The notes beneath the pieces were generated by a model. The model ran no database searches and was not told where the DNA came from. It saw only the letters and a list, made by a program, of their open reading frames with translations. This document shows, in pieces, positions 38,549 to 47,871 of a DNA stretch of 64,000 nt (its first letter is position 1; each line of letters starts with the position of its first letter). A program made the position numbers and the translations under genes. The stretch comes from an uncultured Verrucomicrobiae bacterium (GTDB lineage Bacteria > Chlamydiota > Chlamydiia > Chlamydiales > Rhabdochlamydiaceae), in NCBI GenBank assembly GCA_963806855.1, contig CAWDYW010000003.1, forward strand, positions 288,001-352,000, in the 5' to 3' direction.

Positions 38549-39064
38549 TTATTTAGGGCGCGTCGTCACATTCAAGCGCATCATCAGGTGCGGATGGGGG
38601 CTGTGAGAGGGGATAAACGTACTTAAGATTTTGAAGCCAGCCTTCTGATAGACATGGATGGCCCGCTCATTGGTTGCCTCTGGGTCGATCAACACCTCAG
38701 AGACCTTGGGAAACTCGCTCAGCAAAAATTCCTGGATCACAGTGGCCGCCAGCCCTTTTCCCAAATAATTGACATCGCCAATCAACATATCGAGGGTAAT
38801 TGCCTCACCCTCTTCAGAGCACCAGCGGGTGAGCTCATCTTGCGGTTTATCAACATGGGAAGTGATCAGAAAGGCAAAGGGGTGGCCCTGGTCATAGCAG
38901 ATCCAATACTGGGCAAAAGAAGCCCCTTTAAGGAAATCGTCTAAGTGATTGTGGGTATTTTGAAGTCCTTGGCCATAAAACCACTTGGCTACATGGGGGA
39001 GGGATAACCAATAATGAACAAGGGCGCGTTGTGATTGATCTACTAGTTTAAAATTAAACTGCAT
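38549..39064 (-). CDS. GNAT acetyltransferase (AAC(6')/siderophore-acetyltransferase-like)
   Basis: WLSLPHVAKW, DMLIG..YLGKGLA, IDPEATNERAIHVYQKAGF. Confidence 0.85.
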   Translation of the reverse strand: MQFNFKLVDQSQRALVHYWLSLPHVAKWFYGQGLQNTHNHLDDFLKGASFAQYWICYDQGHPFAFLITSHVDKPQDELTRWCSEEGEAITLDMLIGDVNYLGKGLAATVIQEFLLSEFPKVSEVLIDPEATNERAIHVYQKAGFKILSTFIPSHSPHPHLMMRLNVTTRPK

Positions 39065-39092
39065 TTCAATAACAGGCCGCGCCCTCAATAAA

Positions 39093-39710
39093 TTAGCTTG
39101 TGTGAGCTAAGAACTCGCAGATGAGTGGGACGTTCACAGGGAGGACGAAGGGGACTTGGTCCAACTCTGGGAGCACTTCCAAACGCCCGGAGAACTTCTC
39201 TGGCTCATGAGCTAGGAACTCAGGCACTGAGCGTGGGTTCTCAAGAGATTGTTTAACGATCTGCATGTTTTGCGATTTTGGTTTAATCGAGATGATCATG
39301 CCTGGTTTTACTTGGAAAGAGCGGATATCGACTTTCTTTCCGTTGACGAGGATGTGACCATGGGAGACCAACTGTTGAGCCGTAAAGATTGTTGGAGCCA
39401 ATTTGAGGCGATAGACAACTGTGTCGAGACGGCACTCAAAGAAGCGGATAAAGGCCAGCGGGGTAGCGATTTTGGACCGCTCTGCTTCTTTATAGTAGCG
39501 GACCGTGACTTTTCGGCTAACCATGCCGTAGGAGGCTCTCAGCTTTTGCTGTTCCTCAAGCTGGGCGCCATAGTCAGATTTTTTCTTCCGTTTTGCCCCA
39601 TGCATTCCAGGTGGATTGGCCTTGTGGAGAAGGGGGTTCCTAGCGCGACCGAAAATATTAACTCCGAGACGGCGTGCGATGCGATTCTTAGGGCCGGTAT
39701 AACGAGCCAT
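39093..39710 (-). CDS. rpsD: 30S ribosomal protein S4
   Basis: MARYTGP, SDYG.QL.E.QKL, ECRLD.VVYR, QLVSHGHI. Confidence 0.98.
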   Translation of the reverse strand: MARYTGPKNRIARRLGVNIFGRARNPLLHKANPPGMHGAKRKKKSDYGAQLEEQQKLRASYGMVSRKVTVRYYKEAERSKIATPLAFIRFFECRLDTVVYRLKLAPTIFTAQQLVSHGHILVNGKKVDIRSFQVKPGMIISIKPKSQNMQIVKQSLENPRSVPEFLAHEPEKFSGRLEVLPELDQVPFVLPVNVPLICEFLAHTS

Positions 39711-39783
39711 TCAAAAACTCCTTAAATGAGTAGGTTCAATAAGGCATTAATCGTAATCGAAGGCTGTTTTTTTCTCAAGAAAA

Positions 39784-39951
39784 TATACTGGGTCCCAGTG
39801 GAAAGTTGGAGCTTTGCCTTAGCCAGAGGGGTACCTTTGCCTCCGACCCGCCCAGCTCCTAGTTATTCAATAGTAATCTGGGCGGGTTCGGAGGCAAATC
39901 TACCGCCTCTGGCGTTGGCAAACTCTCCAACCTCCACTGGGACCCAGTATA
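39784..39951. repeat. 168-bp palindromic element C
   Basis: TATACTGGGTCCCAGTGGA..TTGGAG arms; inner gccagagg/cctctggc and tttgcctccga.ccgcccag pairings. Confidence 0.85.
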
Positions 39952-40011
39952 GTCTTGAATTCTTCAACGGAAGGGGGTATCATTGAGGGGTAATAAAAAT
40001 TTTTGGAGGAG

Positions 40012-40181
40012 GAGGCAGTTGCAAAACTCAGGGTTCGTCGATTTTCGGGATTATTTTGGCCGCTTTTCGATTCAAATCACGGGGGTAATATCAAATTCCG
40101 ATATTACCCCCGTGATTTGAAGTCGAAAATCGGCTCAAAAGAACCCGAAAATCGACAGAACCTGAGTTTTGCAACTGCCTC
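40012..40181. repeat. 170-bp palindromic element D
   Basis: GAGGCAGTTGCAAAACTCAGG / CCTGAGTTTTGCAACTGCCTC ends; inner ttcaaatcacgggggtaatatc / gatattacccccgtgatttgaa. Confidence 0.88.
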
Positions 40182-40188
40182 ATAGTCT

Positions 40189-41160
40189 ATGGATCAGTAT
40201 TTGATAGCGGCTTTTTATTGTTATACCCAGCTGGAAGACCCCCATCTTGAGGTCAAACGTCATCATGAATTTTTGACTAATTTAGATGCCCGCGCTCGCA
40301 TCTACATCGCCAATAACGGGATCAATGGGCAAATGAGTTTTTTAGCCGAGCACGCCTATCTCTATCTCGATTGGCTGAAAAGCGATCCCCGTTTTGCCGA
40401 GCTCAATGTAAAGCTCGACCCCTATCATGAGCATATTTTCCCACGGGTGACGGTCAAATTCCGCCCTCAGTTGGTCGCGTTGGACTATAGCCCTGACCTC
40501 GACAAAAGGGGAGCGCATGTTTCTCCTGAACAATGGGCCAAGATGCTCGAGGAAAAAGATGAAGATACCCTCCTCATCGACGTGCGTAATGACTACGAGT
40601 CAGAAATCGGTCACTTCGAGGGGGCTGAGCGGCCGAACTTGAAGACGTTCCGTGAATTCCCCGCCTATGCCCAGTCGCTCGCCGAGCAGAAAGATCCGAA
40701 GAAGACGAAGGTGATGATGTATTGCACAGGGGGAATCCGGTGCGAGACCTATTCCGCGCTGCTCAAGGAAAAGGGGTTTGATCAGGTCTATCAGCTGAGC
40801 GGCGGGATCATCAACTACGGCCATAAGATGGGCAATAAGCACTGGAAGGGGAAGCTCTTTGTCTTCGATGACCGTCTGTCAGTTCCCATCTCAGATGACG
40901 AGCATGAACTAATTAGCCATTGCCACTGCTGTGGAGTGCCATCGGATGCCTACTACAACTGCGCCAATATGGATTGCAATGAGCTCTTTCTCTCTTGTCC
41001 AGACTGTGCAGAGAAAAGCCGCGGCTGCTGCTCAGAAGGGTGCGCCCTAGCCAATCGGATCCGCCCCTTTGAAAAAATGGAGCGGCCAAAGCCATTCCGC
41101 AAATGGTATTACTATTCTACTACGAAGGACATGAATGAGTGCTGTAGCTGCAAAATCTAA
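40189..41160 (+). CDS. trhO: Rhodanese-domain tRNA U34 hydroxylase (TrhO/YceA family)
   Basis: DVRNDYE..IGHF, MYCTGGIRCE, QLSGGI..Y, FVFDDR, Cys-rich C-terminus. Confidence 0.9.
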   Translation: MDQYLIAAFYCYTQLEDPHLEVKRHHEFLTNLDARARIYIANNGINGQMSFLAEHAYLYLDWLKSDPRFAELNVKLDPYHEHIFPRVTVKFRPQLVALDYSPDLDKRGAHVSPEQWAKMLEEKDEDTLLIDVRNDYESEIGHFEGAERPNLKTFREFPAYAQSLAEQKDPKKTKVMMYCTGGIRCETYSALLKEKGFDQVYQLSGGIINYGHKMGNKHWKGKLFVFDDRLSVPISDDEHELISHCHCCGVPSDAYYNCANMDCNELFLSCPDCAEKSRGCCSEGCALANRIRPFEKMERPKPFRKWYYYSTTKDMNECCSCKI

Positions 41161-41740
41161 TAATACTAATTTCATTCAGAGAAATCTGATCCCGGAAGAG
41201 TCGCGCAATGTCCGTTACGTGATGCAAAAGGCGGCCTATTTTGGCAACAGCGACAATCTCTTGGTTGCCCATCTGGTCTCGGTCGCATTTGTAGTGATGG
41301 CGGTGGCGATGTCGGCCTTTAATGCGGTCTCCTATTTGCTCCAGGCTCCGATCAAGGTTCTCTTAAACATCGTCCAGTTTAACCCTCTTGGGGTCATCAC
41401 CGATCTTGTGCAGGATTTAGGGGATGTAGCCAAGAGCCTGCTCTTTGTTTCCCTTGGGGTAACCTTATTTGTCGTCGGGTTTTTGATCCCCGGACCGATT
41501 TTTAATCTCTTTTCTCCGGAATACTATGAACCTTTAGAGGTGCGGCTCGAGCTACAGCTCGAAGAGGCCAATCAGAAACTGGAGGAGTTCGAGGCTAAGT
41601 ACAACAAATTAAAAGAGTTGAACGAAGGTCGTCGAGCCATCCTGATACAGGACCAAGAAACACTTGAAGCCCTAAAACGGGAAATCGCCGCCTTAAAAAG
41701 ATGGAAATTTAACCCTTTGAACTGGTTTAGACGGAGTTAA
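41135..41740 (+). CDS. Membrane protein with hydrophobic hairpins and a C-terminal coiled coil (Inc-like)
   Basis: Two long hydrophobic blocks then a heptad-like E/K/L region. Confidence 0.7.
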   Translation: MSAVAAKSNNTNFIQRNLIPEESRNVRYVMQKAAYFGNSDNLLVAHLVSVAFVVMAVAMSAFNAVSYLLQAPIKVLLNIVQFNPLGVITDLVQDLGDVAKSLLFVSLGVTLFVVGFLIPGPIFNLFSPEYYEPLEVRLELQLEEANQKLEEFEAKYNKLKELNEGRRAILIQDQETLEALKREIAALKRWKFNPLNWFRRS

Positions 41741-41916
41741 TCTTCGCTCTGGTCTTGCTCGAGGAGTTCTAATGCGGCCTCTTTTAAGGTGATTAGCCCA
41801 TCTTCAAAACCAATTTCCTTCAGTAGCTCGTCTAGATACCGTAGCTCAGCCGCTAACTGGTCGTTGATTGACTCGAGTTCCGAAATGCGCCGTTTCAATT
41901 CTTCCTCTTTTCCCAT
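41737..41916 (-). CDS. 59-aa conserved chlamydial small protein (CT652.1-like); below the ORF-track cutoff
   Basis: Manual translation: MGKEEELKRRISELESINDQLAAELRYLDELLKEIGFEDGLITLKEAALELLEQDQSED; purine-rich leader. Confidence 0.75.
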   Translation of the reverse strand: MGKEEELKRRISELESINDQLAAELRYLDELLKEIGFEDGLITLKEAALELLEQDQSED

Positions 41917-42019
41917 TGTACTCGTTCCTAAGACCTCTTTCCCTCCTTATAAGCAAATATCCCAGATTGTCCAGAGAGAAAAGATGGCAAAAATCCTCAA
42001 ATCTCTTAAACTAAAGGGT

Positions 42020-42229
42020 ATGAAGCAGGTAAAAATATTTTTAATTTTCGCCATTTTTGCAGCTGGCTGCCACGGGCATGAAGATGATGCAGATTTAGAT
42101 GCGGGTCTGGAGGCGGTCGATGAGTTCGACACCTCCCATTTAGCAGGAGACCCAGCCCCTTCTCCCTATGAGTTCCTCATTAAAGAAACTGCATCGGTTG
42201 AAGGGGAATGTCCAATTAATTTGAATTAG
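42020..42229 (+). CDS. Small putative lipoprotein (69 aa)
   Basis: MKQVKIFLIFAIFAAGC lipobox, acidic mature part. Confidence 0.55.
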   Translation: MKQVKIFLIFAIFAAGCHGHEDDADLDAGLEAVDEFDTSHLAGDPAPSPYEFLIKETASVEGECPINLN

Positions 42230-43226
42230 AACTACTCTCGCCAGGTGTTGCAGAGGCTTGAGTGATCATTTGATCCATTTGGAAGAGCTCATCAAACCGT
42301 TTGGGTGAGACGCCCTGGCCATTGTAATACCACTCGGTCTTCGCAATAGCATCCCCAACGAAGAATTTGGTTGGGCCATGTCGTTTGTCGTGAACCCAGT
42401 GGATTTCCTGTTCGACCAATTCTCCATCAATGAAGTGGGTCTCGACGCCATGTCTTGCGCCATTAACAAAATAGACTTCGATCTGTTTTTTCCCATTGGT
42501 GAAATAGGTCGCTTTTCCATGGAGTTGATCGTCTACCCATTCTTCAACAGCAAGAGGATCGCCATTTTCGGTGAAGGCTCTGCGCTCGCCATGTTTGGCG
42601 TTCATGTTGAAATGTGTGATGCGGTGGGGAGCTCCAGTTGCATAGAACTCATCCTTCTGAGTGACGTATCCTTTATCGATTTGATCTTTCGCAAGAAGGA
42701 GGCCATTGACATCGCGCAGGGTGCGGGTTCCAATTCCTCTTTCGACACGCGATTCGATCTCGTTATTTAAAGAGAAATATTGCCCATCGAGGAGCTCTTC
42801 GCCAGCGTAGTCTTCGATGCTCTTTGGTGTCCCGTCGCCAAACCAGGTTGTGAGGCAGTGGCGCTGGGGAGAGAGCTGCACTTTTTCTTGAATTGGCATG
42901 CCGAGGCTATCATAAACCATCTCTTTCTTGAGTTCGCCATTGTTGTAGAGGTAATAATATTGGACAGTTTGGCTATGGGGATGGGTATGAGTTGTCTGAC
43001 CATGGAGCTTTCCATCTTCATAAGTTGCGGTGATGGTGACGCCATTGCGCAATGTGGTGATCACCTGCCCAGGGTAATTATTTGCAGCCCATTCAGAATC
43101 GGACACTGCATAACCATATTTATGGATATAACGTTTGGAAATAACTTGGCTACCGCCGTTATCACTGCCACAGCCTGCAAGAACTAGACCAACTGCTACA
43201 GGGAGAGAAAACAAAAACTTTTTCAT
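42216..43226 (-). CDS. MORN-variant repeat (YwqK-like) lipoprotein
   Basis: Lipobox LAGC; repeated Y..G.LHG....Y...G units. Confidence 0.85.
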   Translation of the reverse strand: MKKFLFSLPVAVGLVLAGCGSDNGGSQVISKRYIHKYGYAVSDSEWAANNYPGQVITTLRNGVTITATYEDGKLHGQTTHTHPHSQTVQYYYLYNNGELKKEMVYDSLGMPIQEKVQLSPQRHCLTTWFGDGTPKSIEDYAGEELLDGQYFSLNNEIESRVERGIGTRTLRDVNGLLLAKDQIDKGYVTQKDEFYATGAPHRITHFNMNAKHGERRAFTENGDPLAVEEWVDDQLHGKATYFTNGKKQIEVYFVNGARHGVETHFIDGELVEQEIHWVHDKRHGPTKFFVGDAIAKTEWYYNGQGVSPKRFDELFQMDQMITQASATPGESSSNSN

Positions 43227-43259
43227 ATCTAACCTCAATAAATCAACTAAAACTCAAGA

Positions 43260-45284
43260 CTACACGATTGCCAACTTTTCCGCTATATATTGTAGCAAAC
43301 GTTGATGTTCATCTTCTACGACTTGGTACTCGATCGTCTTATTTGGATCGCGGTACCGGATACGGAACGTCGCATTCTTTCTATCTTTCCCAATTTTATC
43401 ACTTTTGTAAAGATCTAAAAGAAAGACATTCTCCAAAAGGGTGGAGGGGAATGCCCTCATTTCGTCTAGCACCCTGCCAATCGCCATTTTTTCATCGAGA
43501 GTGACAGTCCAATCGCGCTCGGAACCGGGGAATGGGGAGATCTTGGAAGCTCGATGCTCAGCCTTTTTCAGCTTCAGCAGATCGTGCAAATTCAATTCGG
43601 CGTAATAGACCCTTTGGTCGATGCCAAGAGCTTGCAAATGCTCCGGATGCACTTCGCCAAGGGCCCCGACCGTTACATCGCCTACTTTGACCCTTGCTTG
43701 TCTTCCTGGATGGAAATTTTGCAAGTGAGATTGCTCAAAGAGCCCGTTTTCGATGCCAATTGAGAAAAGTAGATTTTCGACATACCCCTTAACATCGAAG
43801 AAATCGACTGGAGCCGGCTTCTTCTCAAAATGGTAGGGCTCGCAGTGGCCAGTCAAAATAATCGCTGCTGCTGGCTCGTCATAGTAAGTATCGTTATCTT
43901 TGAAGTGGATGTGCCCCACCTCGAAAGCGGCGATATTGAGATTCTGTCGATCCAAGTTGAACTTGACCACTTCCAAAAGGCCTGGCAGCAAAGAGGTGCG
44001 CAAAATGGATTGATCGACCGAAGCAGGATGCAAAACGTGGATTTGCATTGCGCTCCCAAGCGCTTTTTCCACCGAGAGTTCTGCAAGCTTTGGGCTGATC
44101 AAATCGCAAGTCAAGCACTCTTGCAAGCCTTGAGCGACCAATTTATTTCGGATTTCCTCTTCGAATATAAAAACAGGCGCATGCGTCAGTGTAGAAGAGG
44201 CATGGCGCGGAATGGGACGGGCGATATTGTTGAAGCCATACATCCTACCTACTTCTTCGACCAAATCGATTTCGGCTTTGAGATCGTTGCGGTAGGAGGG
44301 GATCTGGACCTTGAGGGTATGCCCTGTCTCGGCCAAAACTTGGATTTCGAGACGCCCTAGTAGCATCGCAATCTCCCGGAGGCTGAGATTAGTGCCAAGC
44401 AGCTGATTGGCCCGATCTGTGTTAAGGGTGAGAATCGTCGGGACATATTTTTCAGCGACAAATTCGACCATTCCGCGACAGATTTCTCCACCTAAAAGAT
44501 GAGCAGCGAGATCGAGGGCTCCGTTAACAAAGAGGGGATCGATTCCCCGTTCAAAGCGGAGCGAGCTATCAGTTCTGAGACCTAGGTTTTTACACGATTT
44601 GCGGACCGATTGAGGTGTGAATTGCGCCGCCTCGATCAGCACATTTTTCGTCTTCTCGGTGATCGCAGAGCTCAATCCTCCCATGACCCCGGCGAAGGCG
44701 AGCGGCTTATGCTTATCGCAGATTAAAAGGGCATCTTCAGGGATCTCCCTCACCAGTTCATCGAGAGTTTGCAGGGTCCCTTTTCCAGTTCTCACCACGA
44801 TCGTTTTGCCTTCAACATGATCATAATCGAACATATGGAGCGGCTGTCCGCACTCGAACATCACAAAATTTCCAATGTCGACCACATTGTTGATGCTGCG
44901 GATGCCGCTGCTCTCAAGCCTCTTTTTCAACCACTCTGGAGATGGACCAACCTGTACATTTTTCACCAAGCGGCAGCTGTAACGGAGACATTTGCCCGGA
45001 TCTTCAACTTTCAAAGTGACATCGATCTTCTCTTCACTTTCTTGAAAGGAGATTTCTTGACGTTTGAGGGGAATCTGCAAAATTGCCGAAAGCTCCCTAG
45101 CGATCCCGATCACACTCATGCAGTGACCCAAATTGGGAGTGAGGCCGATTTCGAAGATCAGATCGTCTTCTTTTTCTTCGATCCCTTCAGCTTCTAAGCC
45201 GGCGAGAGTGAGCGCTTCGGCGATTTCTTCAGGGGAGATCTTGAGATCTAAAAATTCTTTTAACCAGGAAAGTGACAGTTTCAT
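43260..45284 (-). CDS. pheT: Phenylalanine--tRNA ligase beta subunit lacking the B2 OB-fold
   Basis: SLSWLKEF, LTPN, INNVVDI.N, SSLRFERG, RNDL, LRTSLLPGLL, FDX-ACB C-terminus. Confidence 0.95.
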   Translation of the reverse strand: MKLSLSWLKEFLDLKISPEEIAEALTLAGLEAEGIEEKEDDLIFEIGLTPNLGHCMSVIGIARELSAILQIPLKRQEISFQESEEKIDVTLKVEDPGKCLRYSCRLVKNVQVGPSPEWLKKRLESSGIRSINNVVDIGNFVMFECGQPLHMFDYDHVEGKTIVVRTGKGTLQTLDELVREIPEDALLICDKHKPLAFAGVMGGLSSAITEKTKNVLIEAAQFTPQSVRKSCKNLGLRTDSSLRFERGIDPLFVNGALDLAAHLLGGEICRGMVEFVAEKYVPTILTLNTDRANQLLGTNLSLREIAMLLGRLEIQVLAETGHTLKVQIPSYRNDLKAEIDLVEEVGRMYGFNNIARPIPRHASSTLTHAPVFIFEEEIRNKLVAQGLQECLTCDLISPKLAELSVEKALGSAMQIHVLHPASVDQSILRTSLLPGLLEVVKFNLDRQNLNIAAFEVGHIHFKDNDTYYDEPAAAIILTGHCEPYHFEKKPAPVDFFDVKGYVENLLFSIGIENGLFEQSHLQNFHPGRQARVKVGDVTVGALGEVHPEHLQALGIDQRVYYAELNLHDLLKLKKAEHRASKISPFPGSERDWTVTLDEKMAIGRVLDEMRAFPSTLLENVFLLDLYKSDKIGKDRKNATFRIRYRDPNKTIEYQVVEDEHQRLLQYIAEKLAIV

Positions 45285-45346
45285 ATTCAAAAATTCTTAT
45301 TTGAGATATATCCTTATAGCATACAAGACCAACAGAAGTAAAGAAA

Positions 45347-46573
45347 ATGGCAGAAAGAACTTATCAAGATCCTTGGGTAAAGAAAGCAAAATCGCTTACA
45401 CAGGCCCTCATCATCAGCGCGACCCTCAACGTAGGGCTCCTCTCGACCTTCATCTATTTCGCCGTTCGGCAGGACCCCTCGACTAAACTAAAATCGCGCG
45501 ACAAAGGGGCGTCGCCCGCAGAGAATCTCGACCTGCAGGCGTTGATTGCCAGCTATAGCGCCCGATCGCTCCAAGATTTACTTGCCCAAATGGTCAATTG
45601 CGACCACGTTGAGTCGGGCCTCACCAAGCGGGACATCGCCCTCTCGTGCCTGGTTGCCTTCCGCCATTTCAATCTCGATCGGGCCCTAGGCGGCATCAAC
45701 CTGCAAAAACGAGAAATCACCTTCACCCAAAACGACAAGCAAATTCCACTCGCTGTTTTCCCCGGCCTTGCCGATTACCAATTTGAGGCGATCGTTCAAT
45801 ATGCCAAGACCGAAAGGTGGCCTCTGACCCCCCAAGGCCTCTTCCTCGAGATCCAATCGACCAAGCCTCCCTATGACTCCAGCCTCCTCGAAGCCTTTTA
45901 CCTCAGCCCCGAATTCCATTTCCTAAGCCTTCTCTTTTCCAAAACCGGAATCGGCCTAAAAAATGAACACATCGTCGCCCTTCTGGCAAGCGGCGACTGG
46001 GCTACCACCAGCGCGACCGCCACTTTCCTCCGACAAACCCCCGAATTCAGCCTCGAGGTCCGCCGCAAATTTCTCCTTGAGCTAGTCGAGCAAAAATCGC
46101 GTCTTGCCGCCAAAATCCTTATCGACGGCGATCAAGAATACTGCGTCAAAGCCCTCGACAACGAGCAAGTGCTTGCCCTCTGCGATCTGCTCGGCGAAAA
46201 AACAACCCCCGCCTTCCTCAAAGAGCTGCTCCTCAGCCCGCGAAACGACGAAATCTGGCAAAAAGCAGCCGCCATCCTCTACGATCAAGCCGCAGAAGAG
46301 AGGCCCGAAGCTTTGAATTTAGAGCTAGCTAAAAAACGCTTTATCGAATTGAAGGCCATCGCCCCAAAAACAGTCATCGCCCCTCCTGTTATCCCAGTTG
46401 CCCAGACAATCGCCCCTAAAAAGGCGACCACAGCTAAAACCTACACCGTCGCAGCTGGCGATAGCCTATGGAAAATCGCCAATAAGCACCACACAACCGT
46501 GCAGGCGATTAAAGAAAAAAATCGGATGTCAACTGATAAACTGAAGGTTGGTCAGACTTTGCTCGTGCCTTAG
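45347..46573 (+). CDS. Membrane-anchored LysM-domain protein (chlamydial type)
   Basis: N-terminal TM; C-terminal YTVAAGDSLWKIANKHHTTVQAIKEKN...LKVGQTL. Confidence 0.9.
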   Translation: MAERTYQDPWVKKAKSLTQALIISATLNVGLLSTFIYFAVRQDPSTKLKSRDKGASPAENLDLQALIASYSARSLQDLLAQMVNCDHVESGLTKRDIALSCLVAFRHFNLDRALGGINLQKREITFTQNDKQIPLAVFPGLADYQFEAIVQYAKTERWPLTPQGLFLEIQSTKPPYDSSLLEAFYLSPEFHFLSLLFSKTGIGLKNEHIVALLASGDWATTSATATFLRQTPEFSLEVRRKFLLELVEQKSRLAAKILIDGDQEYCVKALDNEQVLALCDLLGEKTTPAFLKELLLSPRNDEIWQKAAAILYDQAAEERPEALNLELAKKRFIELKAIAPKTVIAPPVIPVAQTIAPKKATTAKTYTVAAGDSLWKIANKHHTTVQAIKEKNRMSTDKLKVGQTLLVP

Positions 46574-46575
46574 GT

Positions 46576-46788
46576 TTAAGGAACGTCGTCATAGCCGCCC
46601 CGATGCCATGGACCGCACTTGGCAATCCGCTTGATCCCCAGCCACATTCCGCGCCACACTCCATGTTTTTGAATGGCTTCAGCGCAATAATGAGAGCAGC
46701 TTGGATAAAAGCGGCAACTCTTGCCCAGCATTGGGCTAATTGTCCATTGATAAAGGCGGATTAGAGCAATAAAAAGAGACTTAATCAA
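46576..46788 (-). CDS. yidD: Membrane protein insertion efficiency factor
   Basis: [29 protein letters not shown]. Confidence 0.93.
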   Translation of the reverse strand: MIKSLFIALIRLYQWTISPMLGKSCRFYPSCSHYCAEAIQKHGVWRGMWLGIKRIAKCGPWHRGGYDDVP

Positions 46789-47218
46789 GATCCATCGATA
46801 AATGGAGACCGTTAATGGTCATCCCCAGGTTTAAATAGAGACGGTGGGCATCATTGCGTTCGATTCCAGTATCCAAATGGATCCCATCGCATTGGAAACG
46901 TTTCGCTTCTCCCATCAGCCATTTCAGCAAATGAGTGCCGAAGCCAATTCCCCTGGCCTCAGGAAGGGTGATTAGATCATCAAGATAAAGAGTTTTTCCC
47001 CAAGCCAAGAAATGGGCGACGCGGTACCCTGCAACCGATTTGACTCCACCCTCATCTTCGATGAAGATCATGGTGTACCCTTCCTCGATTTGGCATCGGA
47101 CCTTCTCGACAAAAGTCTCACGATCCAAGTGTGGCCGCAAAAGCTTCAAGAGATCAAAACATTTAAGAATTTGCTCATCAGATTGAGCTTGCTTTATTTC
47201 ATAAACAGTTGCGGTCAT
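46781..47218 (-). CDS. GNAT acetyltransferase
   Basis: [27 protein letters not shown]. Confidence 0.88.
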   Translation of the reverse strand: MTATVYEIKQAQSDEQILKCFDLLKLLRPHLDRETFVEKVRCQIEEGYTMIFIEDEGGVKSVAGYRVAHFLAWGKTLYLDDLITLPEARGIGFGTHLLKWLMGEAKRFQCDGIHLDTGIERNDAHRLYLNLGMTINGLHLSMDLD

Positions 47219-47817
47219 TAAAATTCCTCAAGTTGCTTACTAGAATGTAAGGTGTTCTGTCCATTCTTGACTAGTAATTTGTCCATAAGTGCATTCAAGA
47301 GTTCAGGAAAAGTCGTTTTTTTATAATCCCCGCCAAAATGGCCTTGATTGGGAAGTTCATGATATTCAGACTTCAGCATTTCATATACAAAGCGAGGTTC
47401 TTCAATTGGGATCCAAGGATCAGTATCAGACGCAAATTGAATAATCCATTTTTGATTTCTCACAATCGATTCCCAATTCCAAGGTCGGTCAAAATAACCG
47501 CTCAATTTTTCTTTTGGAAAGCCCAAATCAGTGTGATACGCCGTAACCAGCACAGAGCCAAGCAGCCGGCTGTTCTCCGCAAGCCGCATAGCAGCCAAGG
47601 CTCCGGATGAGTGTCCAACCAGAATCGTTTCCTCATCGGCCTTAAGCTCATTTTTTAAGAATGGGACCCAATAGCATTCCCTGGCCAAATCATTATCAGG
47701 GAATTCAGAAGCGACGACATTCACCCCCAATTTCTCCAATTCCACTTTCAAATAGGGGAACCAATTATCTTTTGGGCTTCCGCCGCCGTTGCCGGGAATA
47801 AATATGACTTTCATCAA
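47218..47817 (-). CDS. RBBP9/YdeN-family alpha/beta hydrolase
   Basis: IPGNGGG, VGHSSGA, SDTDPWIP, QGHF. Confidence 0.9.
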   Translation of the reverse strand: MMKVIFIPGNGGGSPKDNWFPYLKVELEKLGVNVVASEFPDNDLARECYWVPFLKNELKADEETILVGHSSGALAAMRLAENSRLLGSVLVTAYHTDLGFPKEKLSGYFDRPWNWESIVRNQKWIIQFASDTDPWIPIEEPRFVYEMLKSEYHELPNQGHFGGDYKKTTFPELLNALMDKLLVKNGQNTLHSSKQLEEF

Positions 47818-47871
47818 TCACTCCAAATTTTGAGCCAATTCCATCTTAACTAGGCCTAAGGATGAAGTGAA

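Noticed and set aside
38549..39064. Aminoglycoside resistance gene
   Set aside because: The GNAT subfamily resemblance is too general to assign a substrate
39726..40185. ORFs of 86 aa and 60 aa between rpsD and trhO
   Set aside because: They coincide with palindromic elements C and D and have no protein-like features
42216..43226. YwqK antitoxin of a toxin-antitoxin pair
   Set aside because: It is a MORN-repeat lipoprotein in the conserved pheT block with no adjacent toxin
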